From: the human T2T-CHM13v2.0 reference genome, Homo sapiens
DNA length: 64,000 bases
NCBI RefSeq assembly: GCF_009914755.1
Contig: NC_060934.1
Strand: one strand, 5' to 3'
The stretch's first letter is position 1; each line of letters begins with the position of its first letter. The notes beneath the pieces were generated by a model. It made no database searches. It was not told the DNA's origin and was given only the letters and a program-made list of their open reading frames with translations. Position numbers and translations under genes: made by a program. This document shows positions 1 to 16,279 of the stretch, one piece after another.

Positions 1-1395
<1,395 letters not shown>

Positions 1396-4251
1396 CTAGG
1401 CCGCCCAGCAAAGCTGGCTGAAAGCTCCGGGACCCGCCCGCCGCCGTCTGGTGACCACGGGCGGGCTGGGAACGCGCAGGCACTGCGGGTGCGGGAAAGC
1501 CAAGGACTGCCCCCGCACCACCAGCTCGCCAGCCACACGTGTTCCAAGGGAGGGCCTCCGAGCCCCCTGATCTAAGCCCACGGCCGCCCAGCCTCTTCCG
1601 GGCTCGCGCCCGCCCCGAGAAAAAGGAAACCTGATGCCCCACCAGCCTCGCAGGTGCCGGGGACACGTGGAAAGGTCAGCCGGGCTCCGGCACCCATCCT
1701 CTACCGTGTTGTGGCCCCATCTTCCGCCGACTGTGTGTGCGCGTGTCTCCCTCTATCTGTTTCACACATACACGCAGTTTTATATTCTCAAAAGCAAGGT
1801 GTTTTTGACTAGGAAGGCTTGGATAAACCTAAGAGAACAAAGTTCCTCTACAAGAGGCCGAGGAGGATGAAACAACAGCAGCCACAGGTTAACCTTGTTA
1901 AGTAAGAATTTGCAGGAGAGACACACATCTCCTTTAATAACCTCATAAACCACACTGCGCTCAATTGTTTAAACAAGGTGCAACTGTTTTTTTCTTTTTC
2001 TCTTTGCATTTTGCAAACATTTCCAGCACATGTCTCGTAGTAGGATTAAGACAGTAACATTTACCTAATGAAGAAAAAAAAAAAGGAAGGCGAAACACTT
2101 TTAGTAGAAGATTGAAACACCTCTTTAAGTGCCAATTTTCCAAAGTAACTGCGGACATAACATTATGCTATACAAATAGTAATGATTGAGTGGGAGTGCA
2201 ACATCACCCGTCTTTGCTATCCTCTTGCTCACTCCTAGAAAACTTTAGCATGTAAAAATAAAACAGTAATTACTGTAATGCGGTCTAATTCATGGTTCTA
2301 GCTTTGCAGTTTAAGAAATTAAAAATCAAAAACTTTTATTCCCCCTTCCTCTTCCCAAAGAAAGGCTTGCAGGAAATTGGCCCAGCAGGTGAGATGATTC
2401 TAAACACTTTGCCCTGTTGACACAAAACAGCTTTCACTTATGTATAAAAATTGGAAAGTGAAACTGACCAGACTAGTTTTATTACCCACGCTTAGTTAAC
2501 ATTAGAACAAACACATGGTAATAGAAAATAGAAAAAAAAGTGTAATTTTTTTTTCTGTTGGGTTGAACTTTCTGAAAGATTTCTAAAGTGTTAGGAAGAA
2601 AGAAGAATGATTCTTATTCCCACTCCCTCATTATCTTTAAACCTAAATTTGATCTCATGATTAAACGGTGATTCAATGGCTCTTGGAAACTGGCACCTCA
2701 GAATAAACTCGAAAACACCAAGTGTTCCAAATGACATCATCTTTCACCAAGATGGCTGCTTTTAGCAAACAGCTTAAATGCCAACAGCAACTAAACCCCA
2801 GTTTCTCCCAGGTATTTTTTAGCTTAGTGCTGGAGGGCTTCTGAACTCTGTCACTGTTTGTATAGCAGGAGGGAGGAAATGCTTGGCTTTGCTCTTGAGA
2901 AACATATAGGCAATCTAAATCATTCTGTTACAAGTGATCCAGTTTAATTTGCACTGAAACTTAGTTCTCTCACTTTTTTGGGATCTAGTACATGAGACAA
3001 TGAGTTAAATTGGAAACGGATTCTGGAAAGCTCACTTGAGGGTTGAAATGGAAGAGTAAAGCTAGCAGGGAGAAGCACCACAGGGGGAAACAGATTTAAC
3101 AACATTCTTTCCCCTTTATTCAGCACTGTGATCGAATCTTAAGAGTAGGTCTGGCTGCCATACCTCACAAGTTTCTATTGCTCCCTATTCCATATTATCT
3201 TAAAGCTTCCACTTTTAGAGCTTATTGCAACAGGAACATTCCTTCCAGGCAGAGCAGGGGGCAAATTAACTCTCTCTTAGCGTCACCCCAAAACTAACCG
3301 CCTTGGAAAGGCGGACTCACACTGCTTCAAGTCAGCAGAGGGGTGGAGTTTGAAGCGCCTGGTTTTCTTAAAGGGCCCAAGTCATGGTTAAGCTTAAGAA
3401 TGTAGTGGCCTTCAGTGGAATTTGGAGGAAATTTGCATTTTGACATGGGACTTGTAGGTAGTAATCGTGGTTAGAAGACTTTAGGGAGAAAGCCATCTTC
3501 TAAAGCTTCCCTGCTGATACAGATGGGAATAAACTGGAGAATATTTTTTCACCGCGGTTTTTATTGTTATTGCAAAGCAGAAGCGTGTCTAATTTTCTAC
3601 TTCTTGTAAAAGTGATTTCCCTTATAAACAGATCATTTATCACAACACTGGTTCCGTAATAGCATTACAATGGAAACACCAGTTACAAAACCAATAATAT
3701 CATTATAAAATTCCTTCTCAGCTTTCTAGGGGAAATGAATCACAAGAACAAATGGTAGTATGTGCTGCCTGGAGGAAGAAGGGACAGATTTAGGTAATCA
3801 CCTCCTTTGGAGAAATAATGAAATTTAGCTTTGCCCTCAATTTAAGCTGCAAAAACACATGAACAAAGGAAAAGAATACCTTGTAGTCTAACTGCAAGGC
3901 ACAACATCAAGATTTTTATTTGTCTAGTGCCATTTTTGCAAATCACTTACTCTATGGCCTTGGAACTTTAGTGTTTACAACAATAAAATAAAATAATAAC
4001 GGCATAAATCATAGAGCAATTTTGTTAATTTTTAATATATATAAACAAATTGCTGTACATATCCAGTTACATTAATGTCAGATCTGAGTAATTTTATTCA
4101 AATTCTAAATGGATTTAGTTGTTGCAGGACCCACCATTACAGTTTTGAAAAAAATTAGGGTGAGCCAAGTATGAGCGGGATGTCACAGTGTCAGAAGTTG
4201 GATAGAAATATAGAAGAATGTGTCCATGTAGCCCTATCATTTCTCCTCCTT

Positions 4252-4396
4252 CTTTTTTTTTTTTAAGAGGCTAGGTCTCTCTATGTTGACCAGTCTCGTC
4301 TTGAATTCCTGGCTTTGAACTCCTGGCCTCAAGTGATCCTCCTGCCTTGGATTCCCAAAGTGTTGGGATGACCGGCGAGAGCCACTGTGCCCAGCC
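4252..4396 (-). mobile_element. Alu monomer (FLAM/AluJ left arm)
   Basis: Left-arm motifs only; flanking repeat ctatcatttct. Confidence 0.75.
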
Positions 4397-4479
4397 TAGG
4401 GCTATCATTTCTTGAAAAGTAGTTGATAGTTTCTTTATCTAATTACACCTTTAATTTAGAAGCTTTGTCTAGGTCTAGC

Positions 4480-4674
4480 AAGGCATTTCTGAACACTGAC
4501 ATTTGAGACTGGGTAATTTTTTGTTGTAGGGAGCTGTCCTGTGCATTGTAGGATGTTTAGCAGCCTCCCTAGCCTTTACCTAGTAGATTCCAGTAGTATG
4601 CCAGCCAAAAAATGTCTTCAGACATTGCCAAATATCCCCTGGGCAGCAAAATTACCTCCAGTTTGGAACCACTG
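4480..4674. mobile_element. MER20 (hAT-Charlie MITE)
   Basis: ctgtcctgtgcattgtaggatgtttagcagc...aatgtcttcagacattgccaaat...gaaccactg matches the remembered MER20 consensus. Confidence 0.8.
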
Positions 4675-4784
4675 AACTAGTAAAACAAAAGACAGCCCCA
4701 TTTTGGAGTGGTTACACACTGATTAGATACCACTGAGTCACCAACAGAATTTCCTTCTCATTTTATCTTCTCAGTGTCAATTAG

Positions 4785-5224
<440 letters not shown>

Positions 5225-5381
5225 TAGCCTTGCACATGCAACATCTCAACTTGTCAAGAGATCATGACTACAAGATTAATTACATATCTCATCCCTATGC
5301 TCCTGTTTTTATTCACTCATTATTGCTTCACAGGAACCAAAGCCATTAATACAGATGACAGTCTAAAGAAATAAGTCATCA

Positions 5382-5715
<334 letters not shown>

Positions 5716-5869
5716 ACACATATGATTTATGTGTCTGGAGCTTTGGCAGCCAGTAACATCTAAAACTTTGCCTGACACAGAACATCTAGAATTGCTGACC
5801 AGGAAATGCTGCTTTAATCCTATTCAATACACAGCAGAACTCAAAGAAAGTAAAGAGAAATCCCAGGCT

Positions 5870-6310
5870 CCAGTAGCAAAGAGGAAAATGAAACAACCCA
5901 AATGTCTGACTATAATACAAATCCTGTTGCGTTTTTGCAGTGGAATAATAACAGTAATGAGAATGAACAAACTGTGGCTACATGAAACAACATCAGTGAG
6001 CCTTACAAACATAATTATAAGCAAAGGAAGCCAGACACAAAAGAGTATATGCTGTATGATTGCATTTACATGCAGTTCAAAAATAGGCAAAATTCATCTA
6101 TGGTGTCAGATGTCTGAATAATGATTCTTGTTGGAAGAAGGGAGTGATTGGAAGAATCCTAACAGCTTTCTAGTAATGTTCTTTTTCTTTATGTGAGTGC
6201 TTGTCACATAGGAATGTTCACTCATGAAGAGGTGTTGAGCTATATACTTATGATTGGTGTACCTTTCTGTATATACATTATACATCATTAAAATGTATGT
6301 ATGAAAAAAG
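5870..6310 (+). mobile_element. Old L1 (L1ME/MC-type) 3' end fragment
   Basis: aaacaacccaaatgtc...gaagccagacacaaaagagtatatgctgtatgatt L1 3' motifs. Confidence 0.7.
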
Positions 6311-6368
6311 GGGAAGAGATAACCAAAAACCAAAGATGTAAACCTGGTAGCTTAAACTTGGGCAACAG

Positions 6369-6652
6369 GGACGGGTGCGGTGGCTCACATCTGTAATCTC
6401 AGCACTTTGGGAGGCCGAGGCGGGTGGATCGCCTGAGGTCAGGAGTTCAAGACCAACCTGACCAATATGGTGAAACCCCGTCTCTACTAAAAATACAAAA
6501 ATTAGCTGGGCATGGTGTCACGCGCCTGTAGTCTTAGTTACTCGGGAGGCTGAGGCAGAATTGCTTGAAACCAGGAGACGAAAGCTGCAGTGAGCCAAGA
6601 TCGCACCACTGCACTCCAGCCTGGACGACAGAGCGACACTCCATCTCAAAAA
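6369..6652 (+). mobile_element. AluS
   Basis: Full dimer; TSD aaacttgggcaacag. Confidence 0.92.
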
Positions 6653-7062
6653 CTTGGGCAACAGCATTGTGGGTCTTATTAAACAAGGAGTTTTAGTTTA
6701 ATATCCATCAAGAGCAGAACTTGAGGCCTTGGGGACATACAAGACAAGAAGATTTAACTAAGACATACACGGAATGCTGGAACCATCAAAAAGCTAAAAG
6801 CTACACCCACACCAAAAGGCTGAACTAAAGGGAAAAATCTCCATACCAACAATCAGGTAGAAAACAAGGAAGCTTGTTTGCCTTAAACAGAATTCAGAGT
6901 TTTGTTTCTTTTTTAAAAAACGTCTCTTTAGAAAAGTTATAACCCAGACCTAAGCCTGATGAAGTTAGAGGGTTCACATATGTACTTGATACTACCTACG
7001 TGGTCCAGAATTCTCCAAGATGGCATCTTATTTTGAAGGTTGACCTGAAATGGAAACTCTGA

Positions 7063-7383
<321 letters not shown>

Positions 7384-8019
7384 ACAAATGTTCAATATCT
7401 TGACTGTGGGGATGGTTACACAAATGTATGTATTTGTCAAATCTCCTCATACATAAAGAGTGAATTGCATTCTATGTAAAATATTCCTGAAAAAATAAAC
7501 AGACTTTAAAAATAGTTGGTGCCGGAATAGTACTATATCTGCTGCACCTAGCAGAGGCAAACACAAATCCACCATGGAAGGACAAGGTCTCAAAATGAAA
7601 TGGGATTACAGTGGAAAAGTGTAAAACACACAGAAATAATCCATTTTTGAACAAAAATTAGCAAATAGTCAATAGTAGAATGATGTCCCACAACTTCAAT
7701 CAATACAAGTGTTGGATAGACCTGGATTGGGAAAATTAAGTATGTTTAAAATAAGTGGAGCTATAAAAGAAAGAGTGGAAAATATAGAAAAGAAAAACAC
7801 AGTCAAAATTAAAAACAAAACAGTCAGATTACAAACAAACCAAATAGAACACCTAGAAGTTAAAAATATAGTATATTAAAACCCACTTTGAAGCTATTTG
7901 AAAAAGCTAGCTTTATTTTGTTTCCTGCAGCAAAAAAGAAAACACACTGGAGGAATTGTGGGATGGGGATTTGCACTTGAACTGGCTATTTGTAAGCAGG
8001 AGTTAAAAAAGCAAGGGTC

Positions 8020-8318
<299 letters not shown>

Positions 8319-9102
8319 CAGGGGTCAGTTCTGGATCAGATATTGTCAAGAAATGGAAGAAATTTGGTGATTTAATAATTGATAAGTATCAGGAGTATTA
8401 AAGGAGGGCTAGAGTTATCACTGGCAAAAAAGCAGTAGTCACTTATATTAGTCAAGAGTAAGAAACTTAGTCATTTTTGTAGTTGCAAAGTGTCTTTTCT
8501 GTTCTGCTTTAACCATTGACATGAAGTATCCTTATATAGACATTTTCTATTCTGTTAGCATTGTTTTATTTGAGTTAGGAATATCATGATCTAGCTAGCA
8601 GCTGCTAGTTAGGAAGTTTTTAATTTTATCACATGATTAAAATCTTAACCCCTTGAGGGGTAAATTAATCAGCAAATTAAACACAACTGAAGAAAGAGTT
8701 AGCAAAATAGAAGTTAGGTCTAAAGAAATTAGAATGTAGCAAAAAGACTTACAGAGATGGAAAATATAAGAGCAGATGAGAGATTCAGAGGATAGAGCAA
8801 TGAGGTCCAACATACATATAATAGATATTCAGGAAGAACATAACATAGAGAAAGAAAGGAGCTGCAATATTTAAAGTGATGACATCTGAGAACTTTCCAG
8901 AATTGATAGAAGATATAAATGTTCATATTCAGGAGATACAATGAGAATGCAATAGAACAAATACAAATAAAACTGCATTGACAGTATTTAAGCATACACT
9001 GGTAAAATCTGTACACCAAACCCCCACAACACACAATTTACCTATTTAGTAAACCTGCACATGTACCCCCTGAAACCAAAATAACAGTTAAAAAAAATTG
9101 CT

Positions 9103-9400
9103 GGCCAGGCAAGGTGGCTCACACCTGTAATCCCAGCATTCTGGTAGGCCAAGGTGGGTGGATCACTTGAGGTCAGGAGTTCCAGACCAGCCTGACCAAC
9201 ATGGTGAAACATCGTCTCTACTAAAAATTCAAAAATTAGCTGGGCATGGTGGCGGGTGCCTGTAATCTCAGCTACTCAGGAGGCTGAGGCAGGCGAATCA
9301 CTTCAACTCAGGAGGTGGAGATTACAGTGAGCCAAGATTGAGCCACTCTACTCTAGCCTCAGTGACAGAGAGAGACCCCATCTCAAAAAACAACAAAAAA
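9103..9400 (+). mobile_element. AluS (preceded by a short L1PA 3' tip at ~9007-9097)
   Basis: Full dimer; upstream aaacctgcacatgtacccc L1 3' UTR motif. Confidence 0.88.
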
Positions 9401-11542
9401 AGTAAGTTTATAGAAATTACTACAAATTTATCAGGAAAGACAAACTGTAATTGAACCTACCTATTAAAACACAGAGATGATCAAATTGGAAAAAAAATAT
9501 TCAGCCATGTGTTTTACAAGACTTAGAAGACACTAAAACCAAAACCTTGGAAAATTTGAAAGTAAAAGAATGAGAAATATATATTATGTAAACACCTACC
9601 AAAAAAACCTGGAGAAGCCCTATTAAAATAAGTTCCTTAAAGAAATAAAAAAACCCACTGTGATATAAGAAAGGGTAGACATCTAATAATTCAAAAAATA
9701 ACCAGGGAAAATATAACAGTTCTAAGTTTTTATACACCTGGTAATATAGCCTCAAATATATAATATATATAAATATATAAAATTAACAGTATCATAGGAA
9801 TAAGTTGACAAATCCACAATTACTGTAGGTGATCATAGCAGTTTTCTGTTGAAAAATTAAGCCAAAGAAAAATTTATAAGCATGTGGATGATTTGAACAC
9901 TATTAACAAGCTTGATCTAATATACATATATAGAATTGCACTCAACACTTATAGAAAAAGCATTTTATTCAGGCACACAATATACAAAAACTGACAACAA
10001 ACTTAGGCCACAAAGGAGGTCCCAGCAAAGAATACCTCATATGTATTAGGCATGTACCCTGTGCCAAACTAAATGCTTTAGTGCTTTGTATATATAATAT
10101 GAAACAATATAACATTATATATAAAATCTAATCCTCACAACAACCCTACCTGGGTGGGCACTATTGTTATCCCCATTTTAAAGATGAGAAAACTCAAGCT
10201 AGAAGAAATCGCCGAAGTTTATCAACCAATAAATTGGAAGATGGGGTTTGAACTAGCACAATCTATAGATGTGCACTTTTTAGAAAAAAATTTTAAAGAT
10301 ACACACAAGCACATAGTCTCAACACCCTGAATTAATAAGTTCAGCTGTTTGGTTGTATTTCCTAGAATCTTTTCCTTTTTTCTAAAAGATATAGCACACT
10401 TATAGTCAAGTCCCCTTTGACAACCACTCACAGTTTGACTCCCAACTCCTCTTCTCCATGGGTATATATCCTTCAAGTTTACATTTTATATATTTTTAAT
10501 AACCATTGCCACCATTAAAACCATACAATATTGCTTTGATGAGTATGCACATGTAAATGTGCATATATGTATGGTATCAATTTTAATAGTTACATGGAGA
10601 AGATAGGGTGGGCATTTTGAGTAGGAAAAAACAGCTTATGATATAAACCAAAAACAGTGAGAAATTTAGTGAGGCTGGAACGTAAGCTGTATGAAAGCAA
10701 GTGTCTAGAGACATAAATTGTGACCAGATAATAAAGCATTTTTTTTAAATACCGCACAGTAACAAGACTGGATTTTATCTTGTAGGAATAAGAACAGTTA
10801 TTTTTTCTTTCTAAGCAAGAAAGTGGTATATTCAGATACTTTTAAGTAAAATAAAGACATCATAATGTCTTATCTCAAATAATGTTCCTATACAACCATA
10901 ACACAATTATCCATAATACAATTAATAGTAATTTCCTTAATATAATAAAATATCCTATTGGTATCAAAATTTCCCCAATTATCTCCAGCATGTCTCCTGA
11001 AACTGGTTTATTCAAATCACATTCTAATCAAATACAACATTGCATTGCAATTGGTTCATCTCTTCAATCTCTTTTGTTTTAATAAAGCCCTCCTATCACT
11101 CTTTTCATGTCATTAAAATGCTGAAGACACTTACAGAACATCTCCCTTCTAGATTTTCCCCAACTTTTCCTTTTGATATTGTTTTAACTTTTTCCTCTGC
11201 CCTTTGTATTTCCTACAAAACAGAATTTAGGTCTAAAGCTTGTTTTGATTCAGGTTAAACATTTTTAGCAAGAATACTTCATAGGTGATGGTGTGTTCTC
11301 CACATTGTAATACATCAGAAGGTATATGATATCTGGTTATTGACTAAAAATGGATGCTAAGATTAATCACTGAGTTAAACATTGCAAGTCTCACCATTGC
11401 ACTGTGGTAGTTTACGTTTTTCTCCCAGCAACTAATTTTTGGGGTGATGACTTGGCATTGGATACATTGTCATCCTGTCTCTCCTTATCACTTGACCAAT
11501 GGCTTTAACATACATTGGTGATCCTAGTTTCAATCAGTAACT

Positions 11543-11922
<380 letters not shown>

Positions 11923-13301
11923 TAATTTTCTAGTTTCGTTATTTCTTCTAGATGTATTTGCTGTCATTCCTTTGTAAAGTAGAGCCTTTTCTTATTAGCT
12001 GAGATTATTTAGTTGCCCTGATATATAAATCTTACTAAATACATACTTAGTTATAAATACTTAATTTATAGGACATATACTCTTAACAACCAGGCTATTT
12101 TGCCTCTGCAAAGAACCAGTATGAAGCTTTCTGATCATAATGCAATTGAATGAGAAATCATTAATAAAAATACCTGAAATAATATTTATATTTAGATTTA
12201 AAAATAGGTTCTAAATAAATTGTGGGTCAGAAGCAAATTGAACATGAAAATTGACCGATATTTATAAAAATAATAATCTTAAAGTAACAAAGTAACAAAA
12301 TACCAGACAATGAGATTCAGAAAAAAAAAAGAGAAAATAACTATAAGGAATTTTACACCAAGAAATTAAAAAATGTAGACACAATGTACAACTTTTTAAG
12401 AAAAAATAATTTACCAAGAACAAGTAAAACACTTGAATATAACCATTGAATTAATTTAATCAGAAGTTTAAAATGTTCCTCCACTAAAAACACTGTCCAC
12501 TGAGGTCAGAAAGATTTATGACAGAGTGCTACTGAACAATCAGAGAACAAATAATACTTGCCTTATGCAAACTGTTCCAGAGAATAGAAAACAAGGCAAT
12601 AACCCACAACTATTTTATGAAAATAATATAAATCTAATACTAAAAACTGACAAGAGCAGTGTGAAAAAAAATTAAAGGCTATTAAACTGCTAACTGTTCA
12701 CCAGAATTGTTCTCTCTTTTTGGGGGCATGCAACAAAACAATATTTCTTAATCTTCTTTATAGTCAGATGTGGGCATGTGACAATGTTCTCTATTGTGGA
12801 ATAAAGTGGAAGTGATGTATCCCACTGAAAAATATAGAGCATAAAAAACTCCAGCCACAGTCCTCCATGCTCTTCTCCTTTACGACTGACTGTAATGGTG
12901 ACCCCCAAGGCCACCATAGAAGACACAAATTCAAGATGGCAGAGCCCCAGCCTGTGTCCCTGAGAAACTACATGCAGCAGATAAGATATTTACATTTCAT
13001 ATAACTGACAAAGGATTAGGATCCAGAGTATATAAACAACTCTTATAAGTGAGTAAAAAACAAAACAAAACAAAACAACCCATTGAGAAGACAAAGGATA
13101 TTGATCAGATAATTCAGTAAAAGTAAACAAACAAACAAACAAACAAAAACCAGATGGCCAATAAAGAAATGCCAAAGTGCTCAATCTCACTAGTAACCAC
13201 TGAACTCTAATGCAATACTACAGCCCTTGCTAAATTTTGTTTAGCAACAAAATTTATATCTAACAATAGCAAGTGTTGGTGAGACTAGGAAGCAACAAGA
13301 A

Positions 13302-13654
<353 letters not shown>

Positions 13655-14100
13655 TAGTAAAATCTAATAAAGTTAAAAATAAATTATTTCTTATAATCCA
13701 GCAAGTCCATTCTTTGGTATACATTCTAGAAAACAATCACACATGTGCACAAGAAACATTAACAAGAATCTTTGCAGAATTTTATCTTTGCATACAGAGA
13801 AAAGCATAAAAACAAACAAACACCAGCAAGAGAATGGCTAAATGCAGATATACTATATAGCAAGAAAACCAAATTCTCTAAAGCAATATGTATGAACCTG
13901 GATAATTCTCAAAAACATTATGTTAAAGGTAACACAGGACAAGTAGCAGAAGCATAGTACAGAGGATATGCCTTACACAAAGTTCAAAAGCAGGCAAACC
14001 AATCATTGTGAGTACTTATATATGTAATCAGTATGTAAAGGCATACATAATGATAAACACCAAATTCAGGATAGTGGTTGCCTTTAGAAAGGGAAAAAAG

Positions 14101-14187
14101 TTGTATGGCCATATCACCCTGAATGTGTGATCTTGTTTGAGAGCAGAAGGTAATCAGGATTGGAAATGGTTAGTACTTGTATTGCAG
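14101..14187 (+). pseudogene. Decayed, 3'-truncated 5S rRNA pseudogene
   Basis: tatggccatatcaccctgaatgtgtgatcttgtttga...agaaggtaatcaggattgg...tggttagtacttg aligns with 5S rRNA nt ~1-90 (TACGGCCATACCACCCTGAACGCGCCCGATCTCGTCTGA...GGAAGCTAAGCAGGGTCGG...TGGTTAGTACTTG), with CpG>TpG decay. Confidence 0.85.
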
Positions 14188-14223
14188 GAATGAAGAAAGA
14201 TGAAAACAGGGAACTTCGACTGA

Positions 14224-14545
<322 letters not shown>

Positions 14546-14915
14546 AATGTTTTATTTCTTTAAAAAATAAGTGTATGAAGGACCTGATATAAATATAACA
14601 AAATGTTAAGATTTGACAAGGCTAGATCGTGTATTTTAAGGTGTTCAATAATTTTTTTGCATGTTTAAAATGCAGTTGATCCCATTATTTATGGATGCCA
14701 CATTCATTAATTTGCTTACCTGCTAAGATTTATTTGTAATTCCCAAGTCAATACCCATTGCACTTTTGCAACATTTGCAGATATGAACGTGGTGAAAAAA
14801 TTACCACCCAATATGTACATTCTTACCTGAATCAGAATGAGATGACACTCTGCCTTCTTACTTTAGCTCTCATGCTGTGAAAAATGTCCTTTTCACAGTT
14901 TGTTTAGCACTACAT

Positions 14916-15778
14916 TGCTATAGTTTGGATGTTTGTTCTGATGCAGGGCAGGTGAGTCCCCAGATTGGAGCTTATCCTGGGAGGGTTCCTGGCTTCACCC
15001 AGGAAAGAATTGATTGGTGTTAGACAGCAACTTATATTGGAGCAGCAGTGCACAGCAGCAGCAGAAATACTGCTACTTGCAGAGCAGGGCTACCCCATAA
15101 ACAGTGTGCCCAGAGTAGCAGCTCAGAGGCAGTTCTGCAGCCATGTTTATGCCCACTTTTAATTATATGCAAATTAAGGGGAGGATTTTGCAGAAATTTC
15201 TAGAAAATGTGTGGTAACATCTGGGTTGGTTTGTTGCCATGGAAAAGGGTGGTAATTTCCAAGTGTTGCCATTGCAATGTAAGCTGACATGGTACTGGTG
15301 AGTATGCCTTGTGGAGGGTGCTTTCACCTCCTCCCTGTTTCAGCCAGTCTTCAGTCAGGTCTGCAGCCTGAGCCCTGCCTCTGGAGTCAAGTCCTGCCTC
15401 CTACCTCAGTTCCCTCAAACCTCATGTTGAAATTTGATCTCCAATATTGGAGGTGGGGCATAATGGGAGGAGTTTGGGCCATGGGGATAGATTCCTTATG
15501 AATGGCTTGGTTCCATCCATGAGAGTTGATAGTTAATGAGCCTGGCACCTCTCTCCCTTCTCTCTTTGCTTCCTCTCTCACAATGTGATCTCTGCACATG
15601 TTGGTCCCTTGTCACCTTCTGCCATAAGGAGAAGCAGCCTGTGGCTCGCACCAGAAGCAGATGCTAGTGCCTTGCTTCTTGTACAACCTGCAGAACCATG
15701 AGCCAAATAAACTTCTTTTCTTTATAAATTACTCAGCCTCAGGTATTCCTTTGTAACCACACTAAATGGACTAAAACA
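14916..15778 (+). mobile_element. MST-family MaLR solo LTR (interrupted)
   Basis: Starts tgctatagtttggatgtttg, contains gaaccatgagccaaataaac, ends aaatggactaaaaca. Confidence 0.8.
14939..15408 (-). mobile_element. ERV1-class solo LTR (MER66-like)
   Basis: TG...CA termini with exact 4-bp TSD gttc (14935-14938 / 15409-15412). Confidence 0.75.
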
Positions 15779-16279
15779 TATGCATTTCACAATTTTGTGC
15801 TTTTTTTGGTAATTTCACTCTTTAAATAGCTCCCAAGCATAGTGCTGAAGTGATAGCTAGTGATTCTAAGTACAAAATGGCTGTGATATGCCTTAGGGAG
15901 AAAATATGATTGTTAGGTAAGTTACATTCAGGCATGAATTACAGTTTTCTTGGCCGTGAGTTCAATGTTAATGAATCAACAACATGTTAAGTAGGTGTGT
16001 TTAGATAGAAACACACATAAAACAAGCTTATGGATTGATTGGTTGATCAAAATAATGTGACCAGAAGCTTATTGGAGCCTAACCCTATATTTCCTCTAGA
16101 AGCAATGACTCAGTATTTACTAATTCTGTGTTTGCAGCAACAGTATAGAACATAACTACCATGAATAACAAGGATCAACTGCATTTAATTTAAAATAAGA
16201 TAACATATGCTTCCAAGGAAGGGGCAGCCTTTCAAATTTTTTTCTCCCTGAAAAATTTGAAAATATATAAGAAAGAATA

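Larger units (their letters stand above)
14673..16181. mobile_element. MER82-like TcMar-Tigger DNA transposon, split by nested LTRs
   Basis: Terminal inverted repeats cagttgatcc / ggatcaactg; internal ggccgtgagttcaatgttaatgaatcaac motif. Confidence 0.8.
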
